Translations under genes and position numbers: made by a program
Part shown: positions 42,138 through 54,396 of the stretch, piece after piece
Numbering within the stretch: the stretch's first letter is position 1
Layout: every line of letters starts with the position of its first letter
The notes under the pieces: generated by a model
What the model was told of the DNA's origin: nothing
The model's database searches: none
Seen by the model: only the letters and a program-made list of their open reading frames with translations
NCBI RefSeq assembly: GCF_006345805.1
Contig: NC_043006.1
Coordinates: 67,022,001 to 67,086,000, forward strand
Origin: Octopus sinensis
Lineage: Eukaryota
Length of the DNA: 64,000 nt
Reading direction: 5' to 3'

Positions 42138-42738
42138 AATATAGTAGGTATTTAAACAAAGCGTTCGTGGTTAGTTAATAGATTGTATGTGACACTGAAG
42201 AAAGGGAAATAACACCTGAAATATTGATATACACCAATGACTTATTTTTCTATCTTCGATCGCATTCTTTTCATAGACGTATTCGTAACTTCCAGTGCTC
42301 GCTCTAGTTTCAAGAGAAAGCTTGTAGAGATAACTTTAAAAATGATTGAATCGCACTGCTAACACAGGTTGGATGTACCATTGACTTATAAAAAAGTTTG
42401 ATATATTTGTAGTATATTATGATTGCATAACGAAATACAGTGTCTCTATCAGCAATTAATATGTACGTAGCAGTTGCCAGGACTGTAAAAAAGGGTATAT
42501 CCGATTGTGTTACACCACTATATTCGGTGTTTAAGCAATGTGTTCATGGATGGTTAATGGGTTGGATGTAGCGTTGAAGAGGAAGCAAGTCTTCCTGAAA
42601 TATGTATATACACCTATTATCTATTTTTCTATCTTCGATCGCATTGTTTACATAGATGTATTTGTATACGAAACGTTGTAACTTTCGTTACTGACTCTAC
42701 ATTCTACAGGAAATCTATAGATATAACTTAAAAGTGAC
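42138..42738 (+). repeat. Decayed ~379-bp-period tandem unit, each copy with a hammerhead-like motif
   Basis: 42138-42345 aligns with 42517-42738. Cores are CUGAAGA (42195) and UUGAAGA (42574), each followed by a hairpin and GAAA. Confidence 0.6.
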
Positions 42739-43320
42739 TATAACAAAAAAGAATTTATCCAACGTCATCATTTATCAGTAAAAAAATGTGGTTGTAAATC
42801 TAGCAAAAGAATCTTATTGGGATTTGTTAATTTATACAGGAGATCGTTGGAGCAATATTCGGAGGGTTATCAATATTTGCTGCACTTCATAAACGTGAAG
42901 TTTCGTTCCATTTTGATGAGAAGATCATGAATAAAATGCATCTGAGGGTATAAGACTGATATCAGTATCAAAGTCAGTGGTCCAAATTTAGATTTATGAA
43001 GATACAAACAAGTTTATATTAATAAGAGGTAAAAGTGAACATTCTTTGACGGGAATATGTTTGCAAAGACGGCCATTTTGTATTGTATTTTTCGAGAGCA
43101 TAAACCACAAATGAAACACACGATACTGGAATATTGAAAAGTGGAGAATTAGTGATTCGGTCGTGTACCCGAAGACTATGCCATTTTCTGTTTCTTCAAA
43201 AATTTACGTTAGTTTTAGAAAAATAGGCCACTCGAATATATTTTTAAAAACAAATTATGGCTTGTTGAAAGTACTATCTGCATGTATTTTGGGGTGCGTC
43301 TTAAATATAACAGCATTATA

Positions 43321-43834
43321 TCTATATATATAAAACTGTAGTTGTGTGTCTGTCTCCTACGATTTAGATTCCTAAGTACTCCCACATTTTGCGGTGCAGT
43401 TTAACCAAATTCGGGTATCTTATAGTCGTGATTCATACCGAGCCCGTCTCATATCGAGCGCGCGTCTACGATGAGTCTACGATTTTAAAAATAATTTAAC
43501 ATCATTTTTTTCCATTTCTTCCAATTTTTTCGTGTGTCGATGGCGGCAGAGTTGGCGTCCATGCTCACACCTGCACCTGTGTTGCTTCTCCCCCTTCTTC
43601 CCTCCCTCGTGAAGCTGTGGGGAAGGGAGTGCAAGGAAATCAACGTCGTAAAGCGTTGTCAAGGAGACCAGCGTTCTTTTAGAACAACGACTTGATGGTT
43701 TGAAGACACCAAAATTACCATCATTTTTTATTCCATTTTTAATGCATTGTTTTCCTATTTTTTTGCTATAACTCACTAAAAATGCTTATATAGTTAGTTC
43801 CCTTACAAACCCGACCAACGCCGGGCGATACTGC

Positions 43835-43837
<3 letters not shown>
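43321..43837 (+). mobile_element. Non-autonomous Helitron (longer variant)
   Basis: A|TCTATATATATAAAA ... cccgaccaacgccgggcgatactgCTAG|T. Confidence 0.85.
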
Positions 43838-43871
<34 letters not shown>

Positions 43872-44427
43872 CTGCCATATACTGATGCATAATCGTAACT
43901 GGAATTTATTGCTGATGCTGGTATGGATGATGATGATGATCATCAACATCATCATCATCGTCGTCGTCATCATCGTCATCATCAATATCATAATCGTTTT
44001 TTGTCATCCGTTTTGTAAGGAACCTGTTATAGCCTATGAAAATATAAAACAGGAAACAACTAAACACAATATTTTATCTGGTATATTAAAATGGTCTCAG
44101 TAATAATTGCAGCAATTTTTCGCCATTGAAATGTCATTTTTGGGAATTAAAATGGAATTTAGCAGTTCAAGATGTTATTTCACATAATGAGGAATTTATT
44201 GTTACCAATGTCTTTGAGAATATTAATGATAGAAGAAAGCCATGATGATGATAGACATTGAGTCGTCTCGAAAGCATCAGGGGATCAACCGATATTATAA
44301 ACAAGGTGACTAGACTTCTATGAGGATATTTAAGGTAAAAGACAGCTGTGCTAAAATAAAACTAGAATTAGTTAAAGCAGTGCAAACGTAGCTTTAAAAA
44401 ATTAACTCATTGGTACATATGCATGAG

Positions 44428-44600
44428 GTGAAGGCGTGTGGCGTAGTGGTTAGCGTGTTGCACTCTAGATCGCAAGAGAGTGATCTCGATTCCCTGATCG
44501 GTCGGTGTGTTGTGTTCTTGAATTAAACCTTTCATTTCATGTTGCTCGGCCGGAAATGAGTAACCCTGCCATGGTCCGGCGTCTCGTTCGGGAGTGAGGG
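44428..44600 (+). mobile_element. Old tRNA-derived SINE (family 4 related)
   Basis: gtggcgtagtggttag A box, tctcgattcc B box, ccctgccatggtccggcgtc motif. Confidence 0.55.
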
Positions 44601-46124
44601 TGGGTTGCTGTGATCTTGATCGCTTATATGCTCGTGGGTTTTTGATGATAGTAGATGTCTATCAAAAATTTAGGAATGTTTTTGATATTTGTAGAAGCCT
44701 CCTTGCGGGTGAAGAGGATAAGTAAAAATTTTTAATTGAAAGGGAAGTCACATGACATCACCTTCAGGGTATTTGACACGTGATCGTAAAATTGTGTGTT
44801 TCGATTCCTGGACCAAGCAGTACATCTTGACCTTGAGCAAGACACTTCCTCATTGTCACCGACAACTCAGCTTAAAGTAAGTACGAGTCAAAATGCTGGT
44901 GCCGCCCTCTACCCTCCAGCAGTCGCATGTTGGGTATCCTGCTGAGTGAGGTGGGACTACGAGCGTATGTATCTCTGCTTGCAGCTGAAAGAATCACCGA
45001 AAGTGAGCTACCTGTTATCAAACCATATTCGCTCGCAAGTGACGGCTGGTTGCATTTTCACTACAAGGGTAAAGAAGCAGAAGCTTCTAGACAAGCAAGT
45101 ACTGCGAAGTGATTTTTACTGGAAATTTTACTCCAAGAAACTAGAATCCGACCGAACATGCTAATTTTATGGTAAAGACTTGTGTATTGGCCCGAACCGA
45201 CTGGATATAAACCTATGTCAACGTTTCCATGTCAGCCAAAAGCGGAATTGTTGAAAAAATGGTCGTATTAAAACTGATTCACAATAGTATTCGCAAAATG
45301 GACGATATATTGCTTGTTTGAGTATCATGTGTTCTTAGTTGTCCGACACTGAAATCACCCAGGAACACTGCTCAGGACTATTTGAGCTATCAGCTTTGAT
45401 AGACAAATATGATTAGTAATGTTAATGCCTTAGGAGCTTGCAACTCTTGTATATCGACGCAGAAGAAATGATAAACCACACGCAAGATTGATAACTTAAC
45501 CAAATAATACAGCTACGATTCTTAAGGGTGAATAGGGCATATTAGCAAACACTGATTAAATAAATACTGACGCAAACATTGATAGATAGCAGAATACAGA
45601 TAGAATCCGTCATCTCTGAGCGATATTCCGCATTCTGTTAATAATTGTGGTTTGACAACTGATAGCAAAGCAAACAATTCCGAGAGACTTGATGTCATAA
45701 TTATCTAATAATGTTGTCGTGTTGCAAGCATTTTACATAATGATGAAGACTGTTTAAGGTGACTTTCTAGCTCTAAATCGAAGCTGGATTCATATGTTGC
45801 CTATTGGTGGATTAATATATAAATCTAGCTGGTTGTAGTTCATATTACCTCTGCATCAATATCAAACTGAAGCTCTAATTTCATGAAACGTTATTATTGG
45901 TGATCGCATTATCAGTTGAATAATAAAGTTTCTCGACGTAAAGGATTGCGTTTGACTGCAGCTTTACTTACGTAAATGCAGTAAGACACGATAAGAACAA
46001 AATACCTTTTGGAGTGAATTACAGCAAGCAACGATTGAGTAGTCCGAAAAATTGAAATCCTGGTTTTAAATTTTCTGTTTGATTTGATACCAGATATTTG
46101 CAATGGTATGGAGGTCAGAAAGTG

Positions 46125-46370
46125 AAGGCGCGTAGCCAAGAGTATACGTTGTTGCGCTCATATTCGTATGGTCATGGTTTCGATTCCCGTCCAGGCGTCG
46201 TGTTGGGCTTTTGAGCAAAACTCTTCTTTTTACATTGTTCCGGTTCAGTCAGCCATAAACGAGTTACCCTCCGACGGACTAGCGTCCTGTTCAGCGAGGA
46301 TACTGCGAACTCGGTAAATTAAACGCCATCAAAGCCGGGTAAGCGGCCCGATGAGTCCTAGGATTCGAGT
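46125..46370 (+). mobile_element. Old tRNA-derived SINE (family 4 related)
   Basis: ggtttcgattccc B box; ccctccgacggactagcgtcctgttc central motif; gccgggtaagcggcccgatgag tail. Confidence 0.55.
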
Positions 46371-46892
46371 CAATAATGGGTAGGGCTTGTAGTTGTTGAC
46401 GATGATGATGATGACAATGATGATGATGACAATGAAGATGATGATGATGATTTTGCATCTGGATTGCATGTAATTGCGAAATATGGCGACGATGTAATCA
46501 TGTAGGTGTTGGTTACTAAGTTACAACGTTTGACTAGGAAAGCCCGCATTTTGCAAGGCGATGTCATGCCTAGAAATATATATTTTGTGACGCTTATATT
46601 GTTCCGTAATCATATCTTCTTTCACATATCGTAACTGACGCAACATTCTTATTCTAATGAAGTGAGAACAGATTTTAACTTTGTCTTTACACATTCGTAA
46701 TGCATTTTATTTGGTCTATACGAATTCCACTTACAAATAGTATTTCTAACCAAACCGACCTCCTCTCTCTGCCTTTTCTGCGACTCCCCTAGGGCTGCAA
46801 TTCGTATGCGCTGGAAGAGCTCTTGCCGTTTCTACTCAAGCTTTCCCGAGACACTCATATATACCTTTCTCGTATCTTTTGTGTGTGTGTGT

Positions 46893-46928
<36 letters not shown>

Positions 46929-47077
46929 GTGCGTGTGTGTGTGTGTGTATGCCATCCCTCCAGGTCCCGCACTGATGACTAAGCCCAGTTCTTTTTCAAA
47001 TGATGCCATCCTCGCACCCCAGAATTCCCTCATTGTTCAAACCCTTCCCGCAGGTGCAGACTAGCATATATTCAAGT

Positions 47078-47304
47078 GGCGAGCTGGCAGAAACGTTAGC
47101 ACGCCGGGCGAAATGCGTAGCCGTATTTCGTCTGCCGTTACGTTCTGAGTTCAAATTCCGCCGAGGTCGACTTTGCCTTTCACCCTTTCGGGGTCGATAA
47201 ATTAAGTACCAGTTACGCACTGGGGTCGATGTAATCGACTTAATCCGTTTGTCTGTCCTTGTTTATCCCCTCTGTGTTTAGCCGCTTGTGGGTAGTAAAG
47301 AAAT
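47078..47304 (+). mobile_element. SINE family 2, young full-length copy
   Basis: ggcgagctggcagaaacgttagc head to gtgggtagtaaagaaata tail. Confidence 0.85.
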
Positions 47305-47671
47305 ATATATTCAAGTGGATCACTCTTGGTATGAAATCTACCAAGATAGAAGGGCAATAACCATTGGACCGCTTCTTTCCCACTTCTGACAGAGCAGGTT
47401 AAACATGAAAACGTAATATAGAAGTACAGGCGTGACTGTGTGGGAAGAAGCTTGCTTCCCAAACATACAGTTTCGTGTTCATTCTCACTGCATACTGGAA
47501 CCTTGAACAAATATCTTCTACTATAGCCCCGGCCGATCATCCCACTGTAAGTGGATTGGGTGACGGAAGTTGAAAGAAGATAGATCGTAGAACATGTGTG
47601 TATATATGTATATAAGGGGTTCAACGTTGGTCATATGTCAGCATCTGTATTTAAGAATGTTTTGCGTAATG

Positions 47672-47734
<63 letters not shown>

Positions 47735-48663
47735 TGTGTGCGTGCGTGCGTGCGTGTATCTATCTATGTGTGTATCATTGTGTTCGTACCCACACAACCG
47801 GTGTTGGCTTCTTTCTGTCCAGGGTAGCGGTTCGGCTAATGAAATGAATGTAATAAACACCAGTGCTGACGTCGATTTGCTCCACTAAAAACACCCTTCA
47901 AATCGATGCCCCAGTCTAAGGACTGAAACAAATACAGTTACTTCTATTATTACAAACCCCTCATTAGAAGTGCTTCTGTGACTGTAATTAAAAAACAAAG
48001 AGCAGTTTTCGCTGTGTTCGAATGTCTCTTATAGCACATTTTTTTGAAATGCTACAAAGATTTAGCACTATTTTAGAATGTACTCACTGAACAGAATCAC
48101 TGTTTTCATTAAATTTACTTGTAATTCCCGCAATGACTTTCAAATCTTCGATTCCACGTATCTAATCAAGCATCTGTCAACCTTCAGGCTGAAATTTTTT
48201 TCGTGCAACCAATTCATTTATTCCTTTTCAAATCTTTCTTTGATAGAATAAAACGTTCAAATGCTCTCTAATCGTGCTTCTTGTCTGTTCCATAATAGAT
48301 AACAATTTTAAACAGCACACATGGTTTACATCCTTCTTCTATTTTAACTCCTACTTTCTATTATTTTATAATTTTTTTCTATTTCTTTTTACCTCAGAAA
48401 ACTAATTTTTACTTTAGGAAACTAATTTGATTTTCTACCCAAGCAGATTTAAATGTTTCTTTAAACTTTTTAATAGTTCAACTGAAGATAGCGTACGTAA
48501 TTATGTGTAATATCATTTTTAATTAAACGACGTTCGTGGATGTCTTTGGTAGGAATGTTCAACCATTTAAGAGTCGTTTGCTTTAATTCCGTGAGATAGA
48601 AAAATTCTATGACTTGCCATAATTTAGAAATTACAAAAAGGTTTCTGTTGACAACACAGTATG

Positions 48664-48754
<91 letters not shown>

Positions 48755-48790
48755 GTGTGTGTGTATGTGTGTGTGTGTGTGTAAATAGAC

Positions 48791-48977
48791 ACAGGAGTGG
48801 CTGTGTGGTACGAAGCGTGCTTTCAAACCACATGCTTCCAGGTTCAATCCCACTGCGTAGCACTTTTGGTAATTGTCTTCTACTACTTAGCCAGGGGCCA
48901 ACAAAGCCTTGTGAGTGGATTTGGCAGACGGAAATTGAAAGAAGTCCGTCGTAGGTATGTGTGAGTGTGTGTGTGTG

Positions 48978-49012
<35 letters not shown>

Positions 49013-49200
49013 TGTGTGTGTGTGCGTGTGTGTTTGTTGGCACAGGCTTGGTTGTGTTGTAAGAAGTTGGCTTCCCAGCCACATGGTTCCTGGTTCACTC
49101 CCACCCAGTAGCATCTTGCGCAAGTTTCTTCTTATATAACCTCGGGTCGACCAGAGCCTTGTGAAGGGATTTGGTAGATGGAAACTGAAAGTCGTCCGTC
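48791..49200 (+). mobile_element. Two tandem 5' halves of SINE family 1 separated by (GT)n
   Basis: Heads at 48791 and ~49043, each ending at gaaactgaaag..ccgtcg. Confidence 0.75.
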
Positions 49201-49231
49201 GCTTATATGTCAGTATACATACATACTTACG

Positions 49232-49275
<44 letters not shown>

Positions 49276-49276
<1 letters not shown>

Positions 49277-50533
49277 TGTGTCGTCCCATAAATAATACGG
49301 TTTTTTCAACTGCATGAACTAAAAATCGGTGAGGGTTGGGATAAACTACCTTCATCAACTTGCTATAAATACCTGTACTTATTCTTAGTACAAGTTTTGA
49401 GGAGTGCAGTTTGATTTTAACAGTTATTTTTTTCAAAGCTATAATGGGAGTGGCAAAGGAGCATATTCGGCATATTTTGCTTTATGTGTTCAAGAAAGAC
49501 AGCAACGCAATGGAGAATGCGATGAATATAAGGATCGGACAATAAACGTAAGCGAGTGTCAATGGTGGTTCAATAAATTCCGAGCCGGGAAATGCAGCCA
49601 AGAATATGAGCCTCGTCCTGGAAGATCTGTAGAGCTCGACGATAACGTCCTGCAAACACTGGTGTAAAAAAATCCCATCGTAACTGTTGAGGAACTAGCA
49701 GAGTAGCTTAGATTTGGTCATTCAACCATTCATCGACATCTGCGTGCCAGCGAAAAAGTCAAAAAATCGGGTCAATAGGTTCCTCACAAATTTTCAGAGT
49801 CTAATCGAGCGCAGAGAGTGAATGTGTGCTCTTCTTTGCTGTCACGTCTCACGAATGAACATTTTTGTACCGAAAAGTGACTGGTGACGGGAAATGGGTT
49901 CCCTATAAAAATGTCAAGCGCCGAAGACAGCGGATAGAGAAAGGGAAAACAACAGCACCCCAGGCTAAGAAAAGTCGTCATCCATGTAAGGTGTTGTTAT
50001 CTGTTTAGTGGGATATGAAAGGTTTAGTCCACTTTGAACTTTTAAACCCAAGGCAAACGAAGAGAAAGGAGATCTACCAGGAGCAGCTTGAGCGGCTCAA
50101 GTCAGCGTTAGAAGAAAAACGTCCATCTTTGGTTTCAAACGAAAGGTGTTCTTCCATCAGGATAATGCTCGGCCACATACCGCAAGAATGACATTCGAAA
50201 GGTTGGAACAGGTTGAATTGGAAATGATGCCGCACCCACGACATTCGTTGGACATTGTTCCTTCTGATTATCATTTATTCCTCAGTCTTCAAAATCATTT
50301 GCACGGAAAGAAATATGAATTCTGTAGATGAGTTTAGAACAGTACTGGAAGAGTATTTTTCGTTACGGACTAGGAAAATTTGGAAGAGGGTCTTTGCAAG
50401 TCAAACAGATAGATGGAAGAAAAGTGTATAAAATGAAGGACATTATATTTTAGATCAAAAAATAACTTTGTTTATCTCAATTTTGAAAAGTGAAAGAAAT
50501 ATAAAAAATCCCATTATTTGTTAGATGACCAAA
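49276..50533 (+). mobile_element. Full-length decayed mariner (1258 bp), same family as 25927-27345
   Basis: TIRs ttgtgtcgtcccataaataatacggtttt / aaaaatcccattatttgttagatgaccaaa with TA TSD. Remnants of (W)VPH, TGD.KW, HQDNARPH, VPSDYHLF; multiple stops and frameshifts. Confidence 0.9.
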
Positions 50534-51668
50534 TATAATATATATATATATATATATATACATACATATAATTTGCTGTTCCGTTAATGGTGCGAGTAAC
50601 AATGGATGTATACCTTCCAAAGATAGATAAGTAACATTTAATATACACAGTAATTTCATGGTACAAAAACTGACAAGCTTGAATACGATACTTTCTTTCG
50701 AAGCCGTCTTCAGGATTCAATATACAATATACCTGTTAGATTTTGAGAAAACGTGAAAGGATACTGGTCTTTGAGCAAACACGGAACGGATGAGAGCAAG
50801 TTAAAAGAAAAAAAGTCGAATAAGAAAGAAGAAAAAGAGAACCAAGAGTTACGGCCTTCTGTCAATTCGATTAAGAATTTATAAGGCTGATGTAAGTTAA
50901 TTCAAAGAGAAGACAGAAGTTTGTTAGACTGCCTAATCCGCAGTGGGTAGTGCTTTCCTCTCAAACAAAATAAATTTCTTCATATCTGTCCATTAATAAA
51001 AATTTCAAAGATGGAATTTAGTTAATCCATGGTACTCTTCTATTGATATGTATGAAGGAAATTTTAAAAACGGTACACAAATAAGCATCTTCTTTCCGAC
51101 ACGTGGATGAGAAGAAAGCCACGAAGTTTGCTAGCCATAGCTGGGATTTTAAGACCAAATGCTCACCACGCACCATCAAGTGGAGCGCAGTGAAACTACC
51201 AACACCACACGTTAATGGATCGAATACATGCAGGTTTTGTTTCGCCAAACGATTTCATATTGTTTTAGATCTAAGAACTCCGAAAACCTACAACATGCCA
51301 AATTTGAAATGTTTATTAAATGTAAGTATATGGACAAATTTCTTTTATTCTACTGGAGGTCACAACACGCTACGGATTAAACAGAAAAAATCTCAGACTT
51401 TTACCTTCTTCCCTTTGAATTAATTTTCACCAATTAATTCACATTCGAATAGGCAAAAGGATGTAATTCTTAAGTTTCGCTTCGTTTATCTTTTTCCCAT
51501 TCCACATTTTGCTTTTCCATCATTTACATTTTTGCTTATATTTTCGCAAAGATCAGCGTCCTTTGCCGTACTTGTTTATTCACAAATGACCATCCATGCA
51601 GTTTATTTGAGATTGAAAGATTGCTATAATAGCTCAAATTTAAATATTGGCTATATTAAATTATATAC

Positions 51669-51725
<57 letters not shown>

Positions 51726-51793
51726 TGTGTGTGTGTGTGTGTGTGAGTGTGTGTGTGCTTGTGTGTGCCAGTGTGTGTATGAATAAACACACA

Positions 51794-51829
<36 letters not shown>

Positions 51830-53484
51830 TACATATACATGCATATAACCATAGGTGGATCTATATATATGTGTGTGTGTGTCCGTGTGTGTGTGCAGGT
51901 GTGTGTGTGTGTGTGTTTGTGCGTGTACGTGCATACATGCATGTCAATGTGTATATGAATACAGACTCATAAGCATACCTGTATTCAATAGTTTAACTTC
52001 ATGCAGTGTCATGCTATTTCTACACAAGTATTTACATATATATATATACGTGCGTATGTGTGCGTGCGCGCGTGTTTGTGTAAAGAGATACGCCTACTCA
52101 TCACATTTTCGAGTGAATACGTGAAATACATTGACATGCGTACACAGACACAAAGGCACACGCACACGAACTCACCACATATTGTGCGCGTGTTTGTAAA
52201 TATACACACACCATTGATCTATGTACGGTTGTGTTTCGTGAACATTTGCCTTAAAAAGCTTATATCAAACATACTTATAGGATACGTTTGAAATCTGATA
52301 CACTCAGCACAACCAAATCTTCTGAAATACATGAAGTAATGATACAACTTCATCCGAGTATATTGGATCATTAAAGAAGAATGCAAGTAAAGATATATCC
52401 ATAAACACAAAAGATATTCCTAGCCATTAAAGCAGAACGTCAGCGAAGTAGTAGCCATAAAGAGAGCAATGATCGAAAATGTCAACCATTAAATAAATGG
52501 ATTGAAACTCCGTCTAGCAGAAACGTAGAATATATTGATGTAAACTTTCCGAATAAGAACCTAATTTTCTGCCATAAAGACAGAAACGAAATTAGCAGGG
52601 ATATCGAAAGAATCCCTGCATTAAAACATGTATTATTTCATGAATTACAAGGCAGAACGACAGTCATGCTTTTATATTGAAGTGTTATCTATAGTGCTAC
52701 AGGGTGCCATTATTAAGCAGACGACACCAAAGCATGAACGCTGGTTCGTTCTCCATTCATATTAAGTAAGTGTTTCATATTGCAAAATTGATTAGTATAC
52801 ACCTAAATATGTATATGTATTTATACACGATTTAATTAGGTTTATTTGCTACATATGTATACGCACACATACATACACATTTCTACGTCTAGGAGCAAAG
52901 CATGTATATGTATATATATATATATATATGGAAGAGAAAGACATATATGTGCCAAATATTGTGACGAAAGGAATTGTTTTTGCATTAGCAGTCCACTAAG
53001 GAGTATATGTATGTGATATGTATATATATATTATATATATTTACACATATATATGTGTTTATTACAGATGTACAGACAAAAAATTTACTAATAACAACTT
53101 TCGTAGACGTCATATTTGAATTGGTAGTTCATTAATGTTGCAATGTTTTAAGAATCGTAGAAGAGAAGGAAACACCTCTGTTCGTGTGTATGTATGCCTT
53201 TGACTTACAAGTATTTCGCAACCCCTAAATAAGGATAAATGCAACTGGATGACGAAAATTTCTTGCTCTCATTGTCTGTTTTGAGATCACGTTGAGCTAA
53301 AGCACTCGAATGTTGCTGATAGTCATTCGATGAGGTTGCTACTGACAGCTAGCAGCTACTAAGTAAAACAACCAGTGGTTGGTCATAACATCTTGACCAC
53401 TGCTATATACGGTTGATTGTTTCTCTTTTTGCGATTAAGAGTGTTGGGAATAAATCAGTTTTTTTTTTGTGGGGGGCGTTGCTT

Positions 53485-53713
53485 TAGAGGTAAATGTTGT
53501 CGGAGCCCTGGGAATAGTGAGTAAATATCTTGAGAAGTACGTGGAACAAATAGGGGGTGCAATAAGGGTGAATCACTTGCAGAAAACAGTACTCCTTCGA
53601 ACCGCTTGTATACTCCGGAAAGTGCTCGAAAAATACGAGGTGTTACCTTAGTTCATTAGTAGTGAACAGCTGACAACGCAGTACATCTCCAGCGTTAGAA
53701 GCTGTGCAAAATC
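53485..53713 (+). mobile_element. R4/Dong family B 3' stub
   Basis: VVGALGIVSKYLEKYVEQIG..LQKTVLLRTACILRKVL plus 3' UTR homologous to 3661-3860, followed by (TAA)n. Confidence 0.8.
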
Positions 53714-53720
53714 AATAATG

Positions 53721-53771
<51 letters not shown>

Positions 53772-53789
53772 TTAATAATAATAATGATA

Positions 53790-53958
53790 TGCTTTCTAAT
53801 TGATGTATCATGCTTTCTAATTGATGTATCATGCTTTCTAATTGATGTATAGATGCTTTCTAATTGATGTATCATGCTTTCTAATTGATGTATCATGCGT
53901 TCTAATTGATGTATCATGCTTTCTAATTGATGTATCATGCTTTCTAATTGATGTATCA
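53790..53958 (+). repeat. 8 x 21-bp tandem repeat (tgctttctaattgatgtatca) forming the 5' end of a LINE stub
   Basis: Units start at 53790, 53811, 53832, 53854, 53875, 53896, 53917 and 53938. The last unit continues into LINE sequence (CFLIDVS-VPADDNV). Confidence 0.95.
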
Positions 53959-54316
53959 GTACCGGCAGATGACAACGTGTCTCTAAAAGAAATGGAGAAA
54001 CTCTCAAAATACAAAGACCTGGAAATAGAGGTAACTAGAATGTGGAATCTGAAAACAGAAACAATTCCTATCATAGTAGGTGCATTAGGCATGATAAAAA
54101 AATATTCAGACAAATACATAACAAAAACACCAGGACTTACAAACACATATAACATACAGAAAATTGCACTACTAGGCACTGCACACATCCTACGCAGAAC
54201 ACTTTCCATACAATAACCATCAGAGCATCACAACAAATCACAGCACATACCCAAGGCACACAGAGCTGCGCTCGGTAGTGAAGTGAAAGCACGCTATAAA
54301 AATAAAAATAAAACTA

Positions 54317-54320
<4 letters not shown>
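53938..54320 (+). mobile_element. R4/Dong family A 3' stub (RLE C-terminal half + 3' UTR)
   Basis: ORF end CFLIDVSVPADDNVSLKEMEKLSKYKDLEIEV..IIVGALG..GTAHILRRTLSIQ*, then UTR and (TAA)n. Confidence 0.9.
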
Positions 54321-54378
<58 letters not shown>

Positions 54379-54396
54379 TAATAATAATAATAATAA

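Noticed and set aside
45150-45900. Possible second Gypsy pol remnant on the minus strand (LELQFDIDAEVI, VSDN-like)
   Set aside because: The motifs are too degenerate to distinguish from chance by eye; needs tBLASTn.
46970-47010. CTGATGA motif suggesting a C/D snoRNA or hammerhead
   Set aside because: No matching D box with terminal stem, and no stem II/GAAA.
47078-47160. tRNA-like sequences with A/B boxes (many sites)
   Set aside because: They continue into SINE bodies and do not form complete cloverleaves; they are SINE heads, not tRNA genes.
50680-50725. Hammerhead-like CUGAAGA..GAAA with UUGAAUC/GUAUUCAA flanks (minus); similar weak motif at 34370-34410
   Set aside because: Stem II and stem III are broken; at best highly decayed remnants.
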